DNA of 64,000 bases from NCBI GenBank assembly GCA_010093605.1, contig MU004184.1:2405737-2469736 (forward strand), given 5' to 3'. This document shows positions 24,130-36,174 of the stretch, one piece after another; positions within the stretch are counted from its first letter, which is position 1, and each line of letters opens with the position of its first letter. Made by a program: the position numbers and the translations under genes. Source of the stretch: Lophium mytilinum (lineage: Eukaryota). The notes under the pieces are model-generated. The model ran no database searches and was not told the origin of the DNA. It saw nothing but the letters and a program-made list of their open reading frames with translations.

Positions 24130-25179
24130 TTGACGCGGCGCTCATAGCTGGTGTTTTCACACCACCGACTATGCTTTCCTCTCGCCAAAAGACCAAGGGC
24201 TCGAGTGCTACATTACTCAGTACCGACGACGGACAGCATACACGGCGTTTCTTATTTCTTGTGTGGGACAGGTTTCAGCTCTTAGCCAATGTCATTCGCT
24301 GGGACTGGGCGAAAGGGCAATACCCAGTGCTGCAAGTCGATACAGCTGTATAGATAGCTTCTCACAATAAGAACTTTGAGTCTTTCTATTAGAACAGGCC
24401 AGCGGGCTTTCCGCGCGCGTGTCTCATTATGTAGCGGCCTTAGTCTTGCCGTCCTCTTCCGAACTACTACACTGATTAGTGAATACCTAGATGTGCCTCA
24501 ACGGCACTGGAGGTGGCTAGATCTTAGGGCTATCAGAGCCTTAGGTATGGAGCCAAAACTTGCCTTCTTCACGCACTGGGCCATGACGTTGCCGAACTCG
24601 CTTAAGGCTCGGCTGCACCATGTGCAACGTCACGTGCATCACATCATCAGACCTCGACCACTTATACTCGCTCATTATAACGTCTGCAGCTCTACTAAGA
24701 GGCTCTACTAAGTGGAGTCGATTTTTAAGAAGTAGTTCATCCACACATGCAGTAAAGAAAATAGAAATCAAACCGTGAACATGAATCTGAGTGGACTGTG
24801 AGTCACAAAAAGGGTCTTTGACAAGGGAGGAATAATACTTGCCAGGCACACTGAGACATCACCCGGGATGATGAACCCTGTGTGAACACTGGCCCACCAG
24901 AGGAAAGTGCTGAGCTTTAACAAGGCGCCTGTGCAAGATGAGTGCGCCCGACCATGAAAGCATATACATTAATACTCGCGTATTTGTTCCACTTCGGGTG
25001 CAGCTTTAACTGACACGTGAAGGATAGATCTCGGCTGGCGAAAAAGGGTCGAATATTTGATCTTCGAGATTCTGGGATGTGTTTAGTGCTGCTTGCTTGC
25101 CTACTGTATGTTCGTCAACTTCTAGGTACAAAGAGTTTGGATTGCCCCCGGACGGACCCGCCAATGAACCATCATCCAG

Positions 25180-26225
25180 TGGTTCCTCCCTAGACCCCTT
25201 ATATCGTTCACCTCGGCGATGTTCAATACATAACCCTGCAGTGCCCCAACTGCCCCCTGACCATAGCAAACATAGACGAGGTGGCTTTCGGGGCATGAGT
25301 CGCCACCTGGAGGTTGAGCATGGTTACAAGTTCTTTTGGGCTTCGTGGCAAACCGATATCGGTGTCCGAGCGAAAGGTGTTGTGGCTTATTGCACAAGGC
25401 CAGCGTGGTTACTAAACCGGCAGCCTGCTGAACTAAGTAGCAGTTTGATTGGGTTGTTATATATATAACGAAGCTTAAACAATTAGACTATTTATATTCT
25501 TAGATTAAACCGTTTAGCCTAGGTTAATATAATCGCGCTTAGCCTATATAACTAAGGTGTTAGATCCTACGCCAGTAGAATCGCGTTCCTCCGCCATCGG
25601 AATGTATCGACAGCCTTACAACCACGGCCCCAGCACCCGTCTAGCACAATACTATAATAATAGAAGTCCACACTAATAACAAGAATTAGTTTCTGCAGGT
25701 TAAATTGCGTTTAGGGCAACTTACTAGGTATTCTAGGCCTCAAAAACGCGCCCCCTTTAGTACACCCCTAACGTTATCCTTCTTAATTAATATAGCCAAT
25801 TAGATCAATTGAATTAATCTAAAATTAGATTTTAATTAGCTATTAGATGGATCTAATTAGACTAACTATAAGTGATATTAATAAGCCGGCCGTCAATCCG
25901 ATTGAGGATTGGCCGGTTTACTAACCACGCTGCACAAAGCCCAGACAGTCAAGACGGTGTATTAGGCTCTTTCTAGCTATAGCACATATAAACAGCTTAC
26001 TAGCTTGAATACTAGAATATAATCCAGAGCATTCCGATTTCGAGTACGAGGGCGAGGGGGATACTGGTGGTGCGTAGACCCATCCAAATATTTGCCAGAA
26101 TGTGACTAATTTAGAACGTAGATGAAAATGAAGACACCACGGACGGGAAGCCCAAGGCCTCTCAGGACGATGAGAAGTAAGAAGAGAGATATGGGTACTA
26201 TTCGTATGCTTCGAGTAAGTGCCTT
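25180..26225 (+). pseudogene. Degenerate zinc-finger family copy D, frameshifted and interrupted by a MITE
   Basis: One frame reads *TPYIVHLGDVQYITLQCPNC (from 25191) and another reads GFRGMSRHLEVEHG..AYCTR up to the MITE. An acidic DENEDTTDG..DDEK*EERYGYYSY stretch follows the element. Confidence 0.45.
25401..25932. mobile_element. Non-autonomous hAT-like DNA transposon (MITE), RIP-affected
   Basis: 21-bp TIRs, 20/21 match: CAGCGTGGTTACTAAACCGGC and GCCGGTTTACTAACCACGCTG. 8-bp TSD cacaaggc (25393-25400) / cacaaagc (25933-25940). TpA-rich interior, no transposase. Confidence 0.85.
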
Positions 26226-26892
26226 TGTTTGGGTTAGATCTCGGCAACCGTTTGAGTGGGCTTGTCACGTATTGGAATGCCATTGGGCAAACGGGCTTCC
26301 TTGAGTCCGTTAGGAGAAGCGCCGAAGCCTCAGAATCGAACTGTGTGCTGCCAGGGCCGTATATCGAGGCTGATCAAGATATAGACTAGAAGCTGTCTTA
26401 AATTAAGCTTCACTTTACAAACGCCCGCTCGTGTATTGCACCTGGTGACTTTTCGGAGACACAAGTTTAATTTTTAGCTTCATGATCATTGCTTTGCAAA
26501 GGTGGGTTACAATTTAGAGCGCTCCTGAAATTACCGTTACGAGGTAGATATGATCTGAAGAGCTTAATGCCTAATATCAAGCCTCGCTTGAGCGCGTATT
26601 GATTCATGAAAAGAAAGACCAACATAGCTGCTCCAAGGCAGTATCGGTCTAGAGCCATCTCAAATTTCGTCTACCATTTGCGCCTATGCCCTGCCACATT
26701 GACCCCGCTGCTTTAGGCCTCGCCCCTGTGAGCCTCCTTAGAGTGTTCCGCATGGCCACAGTCATCGTCCTCTAGAATCGACGTCCCTATCTCATTTCCG
26801 ACCTCGTTGAAGAATGCCGCCCTCATCGCCTTTTCCAGATCCATCTTTGAGATCTCTTTGTCTCTATACTTGATCTTGGAGTCGATTGTTGC

Positions 26893-27357
26893 TTATTCGA
26901 TCGTAGACTGCGTGTACTCGCGCTCCTGAGCCCCGTGGGGAAGACACTGGATCGTGAAAGTATCGTTATCATCGTCCAACTCGATTATCTCTGAGGAGAG
27001 ACTGTTAATATCGAGTTCCTCATTAGAATCCCCAGCGTCATGACCTTCAAGAGCGTCGTCTTTTTCATCGTAGTGGCTAGCGGCGAAGGCGTGGACATCA
27101 CCGCGAAAAGCATCCCATACTTTGGGATGGTCAGACGTCATTCGAGTTCTAAAGCTTGGAATATTCTTACCATTGAGCGCAAGAAGGACGATTGCCAAGA
27201 AAGTCATTACTCCGACCAAGACCGCTACTTCGGGACGCATTGAGAGTTTTTCGAGGAGGCTAGTGCAATTGCAGTGCTCGGGGATAATATCGGTCCAGTC
27301 CCAGCTGGCTCGGCGGCGTTGCTGCATGTCTGCAACAAGTCGGTCGACTTCCTCCAC
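26893..27357 (-). CDS. Small single-TM protein with acidic tail (start uncertain, possibly damaged)
   Basis: ORF with TM segment VAVLVGVMTFLAIVLLALNGKNI and WDAFRGDVHAFAA; TATA-like elements upstream. Confidence 0.45.
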   Translation of the reverse strand: MEEVDRLVADMQQRRRASWDWTDIIPEHCNCTSLLEKLSMRPEVAVLVGVMTFLAIVLLALNGKNIPSFRTRMTSDHPKVWDAFRGDVHAFAASHYDEKDDALEGHDAGDSNEELDINSLSSEIIELDDDNDTFTIQCLPHGAQEREYTQSTIE

Positions 27358-27480
27358 GTTTCAAAGGTCAGTAATCGTCAAGTAAAAGATTAAAACAAGG
27401 AACTTACGAGGATACAGTTGTTGATTTGAGAGGTAAAGACTTGGTGTGGTGTGTTGGGGATAGGGTGTGTGTGGTGGAGC

Positions 27481-27627
27481 GATGGAGGAGTGGAAATTGA
27501 TCGTTAATCTGGGAGGGAGGATGCTGGTTTATATATGCCATCGATGAGTGGAGAGATGGAGGAGTGGAAATTGATCGTTAATCTGGAGGGAGGATGCTGG
27601 TTTATATATGCCATCGATGAGTGGAGA
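27481..27627. repeat. Near-perfect 74/73-bp tandem duplication containing a TATA box
   Basis: gatggaggagtggaaattgatcgttaatctgg(g)agggaggatgctggtttatatatgccatcgatgagtggaga occurs twice (27481-27554, 27555-27627), differing by one G. Confidence 0.95.
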
Positions 27628-28211
27628 GAAGCGACCTCACGCTGAAACAAGGTGAATGTTCTGGCAATGTTCTCGCCTTCATTTTTGAACACGTCGATCC
27701 GTAGATTGCGGACTCATCGCAAGTTACTAGTGACTATTTTCCAACTCGTCTCGGAGAATCTTCTCCTTATTTGGCGCAGTCAGAGCCAAAGCCATAGCCA
27801 CCAGCCCCTCAAGCAAGAAAGCAATATGACTACTTCTATGTTTAAGTTCGAGTTTGTTAAGGAAGGAGAATACCGAGCGCAGCCAGGGTCACCTTCAATG
27901 TTTAGTTTTGCAATTCGAGTCACTCACACAATGGACAAAACCGCCATAAAAGTCTTGCATGCTTGTATTCCCGCTCGCTAGTCTAATAATTCTTTAGCTC
28001 CTTAGCCGTATTACCCAATTGAACCAACATTTCTGCGGCTCATTTTCTTCCTCGGCCAAGGTATGCCCGCTACCGCAGAGAGCTCGCTCTTTGACCTATT
28101 CAAAGTAACCAAAGCACCAAAAAAGATCGTTCAACTCGTCTTCCTCTAGCACCTCAACCAACTCTGGCCCATCGTCGTCGTCATCATGGCCAAAGGCACT
28201 GTTTCCCTCAG

Positions 28212-28760
28212 CTAGCACCGATATTCCGTTATCAGTATTGTCACCAGACCCTGCCCAAGGCCAATAGCCATTGTTTCGAGTTGCATTAAAATGGCACCTA
28301 TAACTCCCAAGAGGTACATATGCCAGTTCATGCGTGCAGTGAAGTTGGTTGTACGTCCTGCGCCACCGTTTGTTGTGGGCTCTTCGACTTGGAGTTTGGC
28401 TCTATCGAAACAATGTTTCGCAACGATATCTGCAGCGAACAGTGCGTAATCGCGGAAGTAATCCCACATCATTCCGAGCTCAGAGGGAGTAGAGCTGCTA
28501 GTGGCAGGGTGCATTGCTGATATATAGTATTTGTTTCTTTCAATAGTCAGTATCATTAGAAGAGGTACACGAACGAAAATGCTTACAAAGTGTTGATATT
28601 TGGCAGGCCACAAGATTGATTGGTAGTGGCGGTGGTGGTGGTGGTGGACAAGACTGTTTCGAAGCAATGAGTGGACTGAAAATAGGAGTGAGCCTTTTAT
28701 ACGTCCATTGGGGGTATCTTCTCGGTTCACCGGGAGAGGAGAGAGCGCTTTCGTCTTCAC
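28212..28760 (-). CDS. Small membrane protein (start uncertain)
   Basis: ORF with hydrophobic segments and WDYFRDYALFAA, resembling the 26893 gene. Confidence 0.35.
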   Translation of the reverse strand: MKTKALSPLPVNREDTPNGRIKGSLLFSVHSLLRNSLVHHHHHRHYQSILWPAKYQHFVSIFVRVPLLMILTIERNKYYISAMHPATSSSTPSELGMMWDYFRDYALFAADIVAKHCFDRAKLQVEEPTTNGGAGRTTNFTARMNWHMYLLGVIGAILMQLETMAIGLGQGLVTILITEYRC

Positions 28761-29099
28761 CTTAGAGCTGTTACTACCGCACCTAACTGTGGCCTAGCCT
28801 TGTCTATAATATTGAGTTTGTAGTGTTCCCAGTTCATCTTTGGGAGTACTACGGTCGAGATCTTAAGTTACTGACACTGGCGAACGCAGTGACTGAGTAG
28901 CCCAATTTCGGCTACACATTGGAGTTCGGATCTAAGAATGCAAAGTGATCTACACATCGGGAGGCAATCTCACCCTGACAATCCCTCTTAACTCCTAGGC
29001 TGCCAGCGACCTAATAATGCCTCGAGGCAACCACTGCGTGCTGCGCAGGACTATCAACGCACTCTCTGTTGGAGTTTCGTCATCACCACGGCCCTTGTT

Positions 29100-29465
29100 C
29101 TAGGTTAAGGGCATCTGATCTCCCTCCCAGTCGCCCGCACCCTCGAATGTCATCTTCTTTAACGAATCAGGGCCGTTCTCCCCCTCAGACTCCTCGTGTT
29201 TTGACACTGACATAGCTCCATAGTATTTGAAGGGCGCATAGCGATCGTGTGCGTCGCGGCGCTTTATATTGCCGCCGAGGTCTTCTGTGGTGTCGGTGCG
29301 GTCAAGTACGCCTTGGGTGATGTTAATACAGTCGCAACGGGGATTGTCACCAAAAATGGTCTTACCAGTGAGGATCACGAGGAGGATGATGCCAGCGAGA
29401 AAGAGAAGTGGATATGCAAGGGTTTTCTCGAAGACCGTCGCAACAAGTGATCCCATTGTGACCAT
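29100..29465 (-). CDS. Small single-TM protein
   Basis: LLFLAGIILLVILTGKTI resembles LAIVLLALNGKNI of the 26893 gene. An upstream GTAAGC..CTAAC..ACAG intron-like segment suggests a lost or damaged first exon. Confidence 0.4.
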   Translation of the reverse strand: MVTMGSLVATVFEKTLAYPLLFLAGIILLVILTGKTIFGDNPRCDCINITQGVLDRTDTTEDLGGNIKRRDAHDRYAPFKYYGAMSVSKHEESEGENGPDSLKKMTFEGAGDWEGDQMPLT

Positions 29466-30050
29466 TGCAGTTGCAAGAAGAGCCAGTGAGTTCGCCCTGT
29501 TATCCGCACAAGGTTAGCTTACCACGGCGATACAGGATTATGCGCGGGCTTACGACGTAGGTTTAATGTTAGTAAGAATAGCTTGATATGGAGACTTGGA
29601 GGTAAAGATAGGTCGATGTTATGATGTAACTTGGTGTTAGTGGAGCGTGATGGCGTCTTGAATGTTAGAAGGTGACCAGGAATTCGTACGTGGAGGTTCT
29701 AGAAATTCACACTCAAACGCACAGTCCCGCCCACGTGACGTGCCTTCAATTTACTCTGCGAGCACTTTGAACATACACCTATACATGAGTAGTATTTATG
29801 TGTCCCATGATTTGTTCTATGCTAGTAATTGCTTTATCGTGAGTTCCTAAGATGTATACATCTAGAACATAACGTTATCTCCCTCATGCTGGGAACAATT
29901 TGTTGTTAGATATTGCCCGCCGCGAAGTTCCCCAAGCGGCTCTTGGAAGATACGCTCTGAGATAAAAATGAGGCTCCTACGTGAGGTCCGTGTCAAGCTA
30001 TCTCTTGGACCGCAGGCAACCCCTTCAGCGCCTGTCGCGCCTTTTCCAAA

Positions 30051-30900
30051 TTACACGTGGGTGGTACCTAGGGGCTCCCAGTCATCGACGACATCTAGGC
30101 CATCGCACAACTCCCAGTTCTCAAGAGCCTCCCGCGTCGGTGTGTCTGCCGTCTCATTCGATTCGCCCTCCTGCTCGCCCAACGCCTTCCTCAACCTTTC
30201 CTTCAACTCCTTAATCTCCTGCGCCTGGCAGTCGTTCTCCCTCTTCTGTTCCTTGTAAATGCCCAGTAGTTCTTTCAGTGCTCCGCCCTTCATCTGTTCC
30301 TTCATATCCCGAACCAGCGTCCCGGCCTCTTCCACAGTCACGATAGTCGTATTCAGTTCGTTTTGACCCCCAAGAAGTGACCGATAATTCACATTTCTCC
30401 GATCCATGTACCTTGTTAGGCATCCGCGGATGACGCCGAGATTGTAACGAACATCTGGAACTCCTCTGAAACCCATCGTCTCGAGCATTTCGCCAGCGAA
30501 GAAGTCTTGTGTCTCCTCTACGATCACGAGGACCTGGCTCAACTGGTTCTGCGGCCCGTAAAGGGTTTTCAGGGTGGCGAGGATGGAGGTGGCGGCAAAC
30601 GAACGAAGCGACGTGTCGTGGGCTATGTGACGGTATGTCTTCACCTGTTCGCGGATGACGGATAAGTGCCAGAGCATGGTATCGAGATTTTCGTTCCACT
30701 GGAGGAACCGCTCCCCCTGTAGCTCTGTGGTGATGTTAGTTATGACACTAGAGATGTGTGCTTCACGAGCTTGGAGTGAATTTACCCTTCGGTGTGGTAG
30801 AAGGCGTTGTAGCATCGATGTACCCACTGGAACTTCCTTCCGCAGCATCAATGTGTCTCTTTGCCAAGAGCGGTATATTGCACTCTTTGGAGGTATCCAT
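30051..30900 (-). CDS. Hypothetical coiled-coil protein; intron 30725-30785
   Basis: ATG at 30900 (MDTSKECNIPLL). A GTAAAT..CTAAC..CAG intron splices in frame to ELQGERFLQW. C-terminal heptads (QEIKELKERLRKAL); TATA near 31041. Confidence 0.65.
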
Positions 30901-31656
30901 GGTAAAAATGAGTAAAGATAGATATTAATAATATAGGTAATTTTTTTACTCAACTACCCCGCGATTCTGCGGTAGTATGGTGGGGTGTGGGCTGAATGGG
31001 TGGGATGGAGGGCAACGAGCTCGCCGGGAGATCGAGGAGCTTTATATAGCTAGCTTTGATACATCTTCGGATTCACCTTTAGATGCAGCCGCGCTGCTCA
31101 GAGTCTTCCGAGTATCCCTAACGCCAGTCAAGTGCCATTGCCCTACAATCGCAGCCCCCCTTGAGCTCTCTTGCTTGTACATGAGCATGAACTTTGAATA
31201 GAGCCAATTTCGTAATACAACTGGCGGCTCTGGCCTTTTCAGATCGGCTCAGGCCTCCCAGATCAGTTCACGGGGAATTCCCCCAAGTTGATCGAATATT
31301 CTAGGAATATTCTAGATCAAGCACGAAGAGCTAGATGATCACCAAGAATGATATAATTTTTAGAGTTGTTTGCCTGTCCTGATTCTATACCTTGTTTGAC
31401 CTATATCGGGAATTTTCATTTTTTATGTGGAGAATGGGATGCTCTCGGATCATAAGAAAAGAATCAAATCCAAAATCTAGGAAATTCCCAACCTCCGAAC
31501 TTCCTGCCAGAGCTAAAATGAGAGCTAGGACCCTCTACAGCCCCATCTCGTCCGTCCCCTACTGTAGGAGTACTCTAGAGGCAGCTCATATCAATGAAAC
31601 CTCGGAACTCACACCCGTTCCCCACCTCGCCTTCTCCGGCCATCTCACCGTGATCT

Positions 31657-32294
31657 TCACTTGGCTGTCTCCTCTACCTTCTCCACAAGACGTGTCTCAT
31701 CCCCCTTGACGCGTCCCATCTCAGCGCCTTTTCCTCCCTTCGCCGCCTTCCTATCCCGGGATAGTGACCACTCAAGCAGATTCAACACCTTCTCGTTCCA
31801 CGATCCCTTATCGAACTCCTCACCGGTGAAGCGCCCTTGGTAACCCGCGAGTTTACCAAGGCCTTTGTTGCTCGCAAACATGCGCACGATGCTCGCTTCG
31901 ATAAGCTCGAGATCCTCCTGACCTTCCATCTCTTTCTGAACGCCCTCGAGAGAGACCCAGTCATTAGGACGTGTAGGTCTGGCCTTCTGGGCGGCGTTGA
32001 CGGGTCTGAAGGTCGCAGCGAGTGGGTTAAGACGAGGCATCGGGTTGGCGGGGGTCGGCTGAGCTATTATGGCTGTCAGCGAGATGATCAGTGGCCAGGT
32101 TGGAAGCAGCTCTTACTGTCGCTGATGAGGATTCTGGGTTTAGGAGGGGGACTGTTAATTCGAACGGCCTTGCGAAGGTTGTAGTATCGCAGAGCCTTCT
32201 TCAGCTGAGCTTGCTCGTCGTGGAATGGCTCTCTCTTCACGTCTTCGAGCTTGGGTTGCGTGTTCTGGATAGTTGGTGGAAGAGCAGTCGACAT
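31657..32294 (-). CDS. PAM2-motif-containing hypothetical protein; intron 32073-32116
   Basis: A GTAAGA..CTGACAG 44-bp intron joins MSTALPPT..ISD in frame to ..MPRLNPLAATFRP, which matches the PAM2 consensus LNPxAxxFxP. Confidence 0.65.
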
Positions 32295-32587
32295 GGTGTT
32301 GGAAGGGGATCTGGATGCGTCATCGACGCGCTGACGGTATAGCATCCGCTTCTATTCAACATCAGACTCTTTCTTCCTTGATATTAAGTGGCGGGTTTGA
32401 ACGTACCAATCTGTCCGGCATAGTGAAGACGAGATTGCAGTAGAAAGAATGAGAAAAGACAGTAGAAAGGCAGATGGATCGTGGCAGGGCAGCTACGTTG
32501 TAGAAGGAATGTGTGAGAGGGCGTTCTTCCAATTCACCGCCTTTATGCTATGCCACAAGAATACGGATGTAGTACACAGTAGAAATG

Positions 32588-32968
32588 AGGCATGCCTTTG
32601 ACAAGTTAGAGACATGCTACCCAGGGTGCTCCTTATGGTGGTGTCGAGAGAGCAAGAACGAAGCTATAACAGCCGCATATTCAGGTTTCAAACTTATGAC
32701 TTGGTACTTCAGAAACGTGGATGTCTTAGTGTTTAAATCAGTACAGTACCTAGACATACAGTTTGGCCACTCCTCACAACTGCTTGGGGTACCCCAGCAC
32801 GCTTTTGAAACTCCAGATACGATGTAAAGGTCAATGCAGAGGGAATTAGGCATCCTTTTGATTAGATAGAGATATGCTACCTAGGGCACTCCTTGCACTA
32901 GTATAGAGAGAGCAAGAGCGAATCCATGGTAGTCTTTTACCCGAGTGCCCAAACTCATGACCTGATAC
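32588..32968. repeat. Diverged direct repeat (260-bp period), with a related copy at about 37956-38570
   Basis: aggcat.c.tttga..ag.tagaga.atgctacc.aggg..ctcctt...gagagagcaaga.cgaa...caaact.atgac.tg.tact at 32588 and 32848. 32753-32830 matches 37956-38031 (gacata..gtttgg...ctcc..acaa.tgcttggggtac.cc...gcttttgaa.ctcca..cgatgtaaa). Confidence 0.7.
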
Positions 32969-33298
32969 TGGAGATTGAATGAGGAGCAGCTGATTTACAC
33001 TGAGACAACTAACCTAAGCTGAAACCGGAGACTTCAAAACTGAATGTTCAGTCGTGATTCTTCAGGTACCCTGAACCAACAAGTTAAAAGTCGAAGAAGC
33101 AGCACAGTTGATCAGGGATATATGATTGGTATAAACCCTGGAGCTATTGAACATGTTCCTTCTCTGCCAAAGCCTTCCCCCACCCAGTCTCTTGGTGTCT
33201 ATGTTGCAAACACTGCTAGCATTTCGCTTGGTAACTCCATCATCTCTGTAGGTAGGCTCACCCTTTTGGCGGCATGCCCCGATATCCGATGAGGTTCA

Positions 33299-34207
33299 TT
33301 AAACGTTTTCCTGACCCTCCGTCTCTTTGTTCACGGAGAGTTGCTCCTCGTCCTCCGAGACGGTCGTCATATACGCCTTCTGCTCATCCTCAACTGTGCT
33401 GTTCCCAGGTACTTCAGCCTCATCGTCTACATCTTGTAATGCCATCTCACGAATGCACGCCTGAACGTAGGGTCTCTTCCACTCTAACCCGTTCTTCCGC
33501 TTTGCACTGATCTCGCGGACAAAGTGTTCAAACAAATTCTTGACAGCGAGTCCGATGGCTTTTCGGTTCTTGTATTTGCCGGCTACGGCCTCTGGCAAGT
33601 ACAAGACCACCGGGCGAATCGAGCTTAAGTTCTTGAATTTCTCTAGCTCAGCCTCAACGGACTGTCTCTCTCTTTTGGAGCCCATTCTGCGGTTGGTCGG
33701 TAGACACGAGAACGCGATGTGCTTCACGCTACGAAGCTGTTGGTCCGTCAATATAGCTGTCAAGGAGGCAAGTTTTGACGACACGTCGTGCAGTCTCTGG
33801 CCTGGCTGAAGAGGCGACCCAGAGAGGTGGGAGTGGACGTGAAGTATATCGACATCGGTATTGAACGCAATTTCGGTGGTATATGCTGGAACCAAGGACG
33901 TCTAGAGGTACAAGACGTGGTCACGCTGCTTGAGCTCTACTCCGACCCTAGACTCTATAGACGCCTAGAGGATGACGACAGTTGGTGGCGCAATTTTTAT
34001 ACCTGCGTTGCCTGTGCCCCGACTTAATGTGACCCATTGCCGTCCTTTGGACTGAAACTCCGGTATTGGTAGTGGTATGCGCTCAAGAGGACTGGCGCTA
34101 TCAGAAGCTCGTGGTGTATGTGTGCTTGCATGCTCAGAGATTTTCTCCACCGCCTCAACGTGCTGTTCGCGGCGCGGTCGACGTTTACCCCGGGTTTTGC
34201 GGGGCAT
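33299..34207 (-). pseudogene. 2EXR-family gene copy with two in-frame TAG stops
   Basis: Collinear with 39974-40840 (RQWVTLSR, IAFNTDVDILHVH, HIAFSCLPT, LQDVDD). TAG codons at 33965-33967 (paralog has Q: IL*ASIESR vs ILQACAESR) and 33902-33904. Confidence 0.8.
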
Positions 34208-34733
34208 GTTCTAGCTTCTTGGACGTCTTTCGGAGCGCAATAGAAGAGTTCGATGCGCAGTAGGATAGGGTGGGGAGCCGCCTAAAGAGGGAGAGCGGGT
34301 TGGAAGTCGTGAGTGGGAGCGCCAAGGAGTGCGACAGGAACAGTTTGACCTAGCTTGATGAATCAAATTCACCGTCCATAGTGTAATCACGTGCCCGGTA
34401 GAGCAAATGGTTTCTTGGCCCCACTTCGCGCAGGAAAAGTGGTTTGTACGTGCTGCTTACAACAGTAACCCCGGAAAAGTAGCTACAAAAACGTTATCGG
34501 ATTCCAATACTGCGCATAAACCTTTATCGTGTGATAGAATCCCAATAACCAATAAGTGTAGACTCCCACCAATATCGGCACGTTAGGAACTGACCAAACT
34601 CATGCTATGATAGGACATACTTCCTTCTCTCCGGAGCCAAACTTTGCTCCTACACTTATCAATATTTTGGTAGCCCTTCTCAGGATATCCCTTGCCAACG
34701 TTGCATGCTCCACCGTATTTATAGGAGCGGTAC

Positions 34734-35686
34734 TCATAGGTCCTTGTGCCAGGCAGCAATCCCCTTCTCCAGATCGTCGAAAAAAGCATCGACTGCTTTA
34801 TTTCGCTCTGCATCATCGTTGATGGATGCCAGATGGGTCTTTGGCTGACGGCCCCAGCCGGACTCGATATGACCGCTGGCAGCCACATCACCCGTAAGAG
34901 TTTCGTCGCTTTTACGCGGCTGTAACTCACTCGGTTCCTGAATGATTTTCTGGGAAGGCGAGGTGCTATACTGTTGTGCCTGCATGTCAACGGGGTGGAA
35001 GTTCTCCACTCCGCCACCACGGATGCCAACTTCAGGCTCTTGCTTCACCACAACCACACTACTCCAATCCTCTTGCTTCACGGCCCCTCCCTGGTCCCTG
35101 TTCATATCAGGTTCTTGCTTGCCCATGAAGCCATCTTCCGGTGACTCGATCTTTAGCCGCTCTGAGTCACCATAATCCATGCCTGGCCGCCATGAATCGA
35201 CCGTCTCTACGCCCATTGCCTGATCCCGGAGCCTCTTCTCATGCTTCTTATGGCGGCGTTTCGCGGTTTTCGCATCCTTCTCAAGCTTGGACGCGCGGTT
35301 TTTGGTCCAGTTGGGACCTGCACCAGGAGGCGGTGCTAGGTCTCGTCAACCGTGATGTTCAAGGTACACTTGGAACGAACAGGTTTACCGATTTCTCCAC
35401 TTATCACACGCGCCAGCTCCTCCTCTCGACGCTGGCTCTGGTGCTCCTTCCAGGCATGGCGAGAGATTCCACCGGATCGGGGCGGTGGTGGCGAGTTCTT
35501 GCGACCGTTGCGCTTCTCTTCCGCCGTCCACTTCCGTTTGCCTTGCTTCTTTCCCGGCTGCCCGTTTACCGTATGTGGAGATGGCGTGCTTGGAGCCCAG
35601 TAAGATAGTCCGAGGAAGTCATCGTTGTGCTGCTCTGGGATGGAGTTGTGATCCTCGTATTCTTTCTTGATGAATTGCTCGTTCAT
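34734..35686 (-). CDS. Basic/acidic hypothetical (probably nuclear) protein; intron 35336-35388
   Basis: ATG at 35686. A GTAAAC..TTGAC..TAG intron joins the two ORFs in frame. NLS-like KKQGKRKW and KRRHKKHEKR; repeated xKxE motifs. Confidence 0.65.
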
Positions 35687-36174
35687 CGTAAGGTGGTTTG
35701 GGAAGTTCTGCGTTGGGCGAGATGTTCCGAAGATTCGTAGTAACGTGTGGGAAGGTAAATTAGTGTCGGAGTTCAAGAGATAAGGGAGAAAAGGAAGTCG
35801 AGTGGAAGTGAGGTCAAAACAGAGCATGCTCGGAAGGAACGTGCCACTCCTAGCGGCTTGGCAAGCACGATGTCACGCGCCAGAAGAATATGAAGGTGAG
35901 AGAGACCCAGCGATTGAACACATCTTCCCAATGACATACAGGGAGATCGTAGAAGTGAGGAAGAAGAAAATATAAACCATATTGAGACGATGCATTGTAC
36001 CCAATGATGAGATAATTTCAGAGGAAGCAATGAAGTTTATCGAAGAAGAGTTCGCGTGTTCGACCACGGGAAATTGAACGGCTTGTCGTATACAGGAGAT
36101 TTTGATCCTCGATCATGGTCGGGGTTGGATCTCTTGCGGACTTCCATACTCAGGGTGTCGCTCGTCACTTCAGC

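Noticed and set aside
27481..27627. CRISPR-like array
   Set aside because: Only two adjacent copies, no spacers, eukaryotic context.
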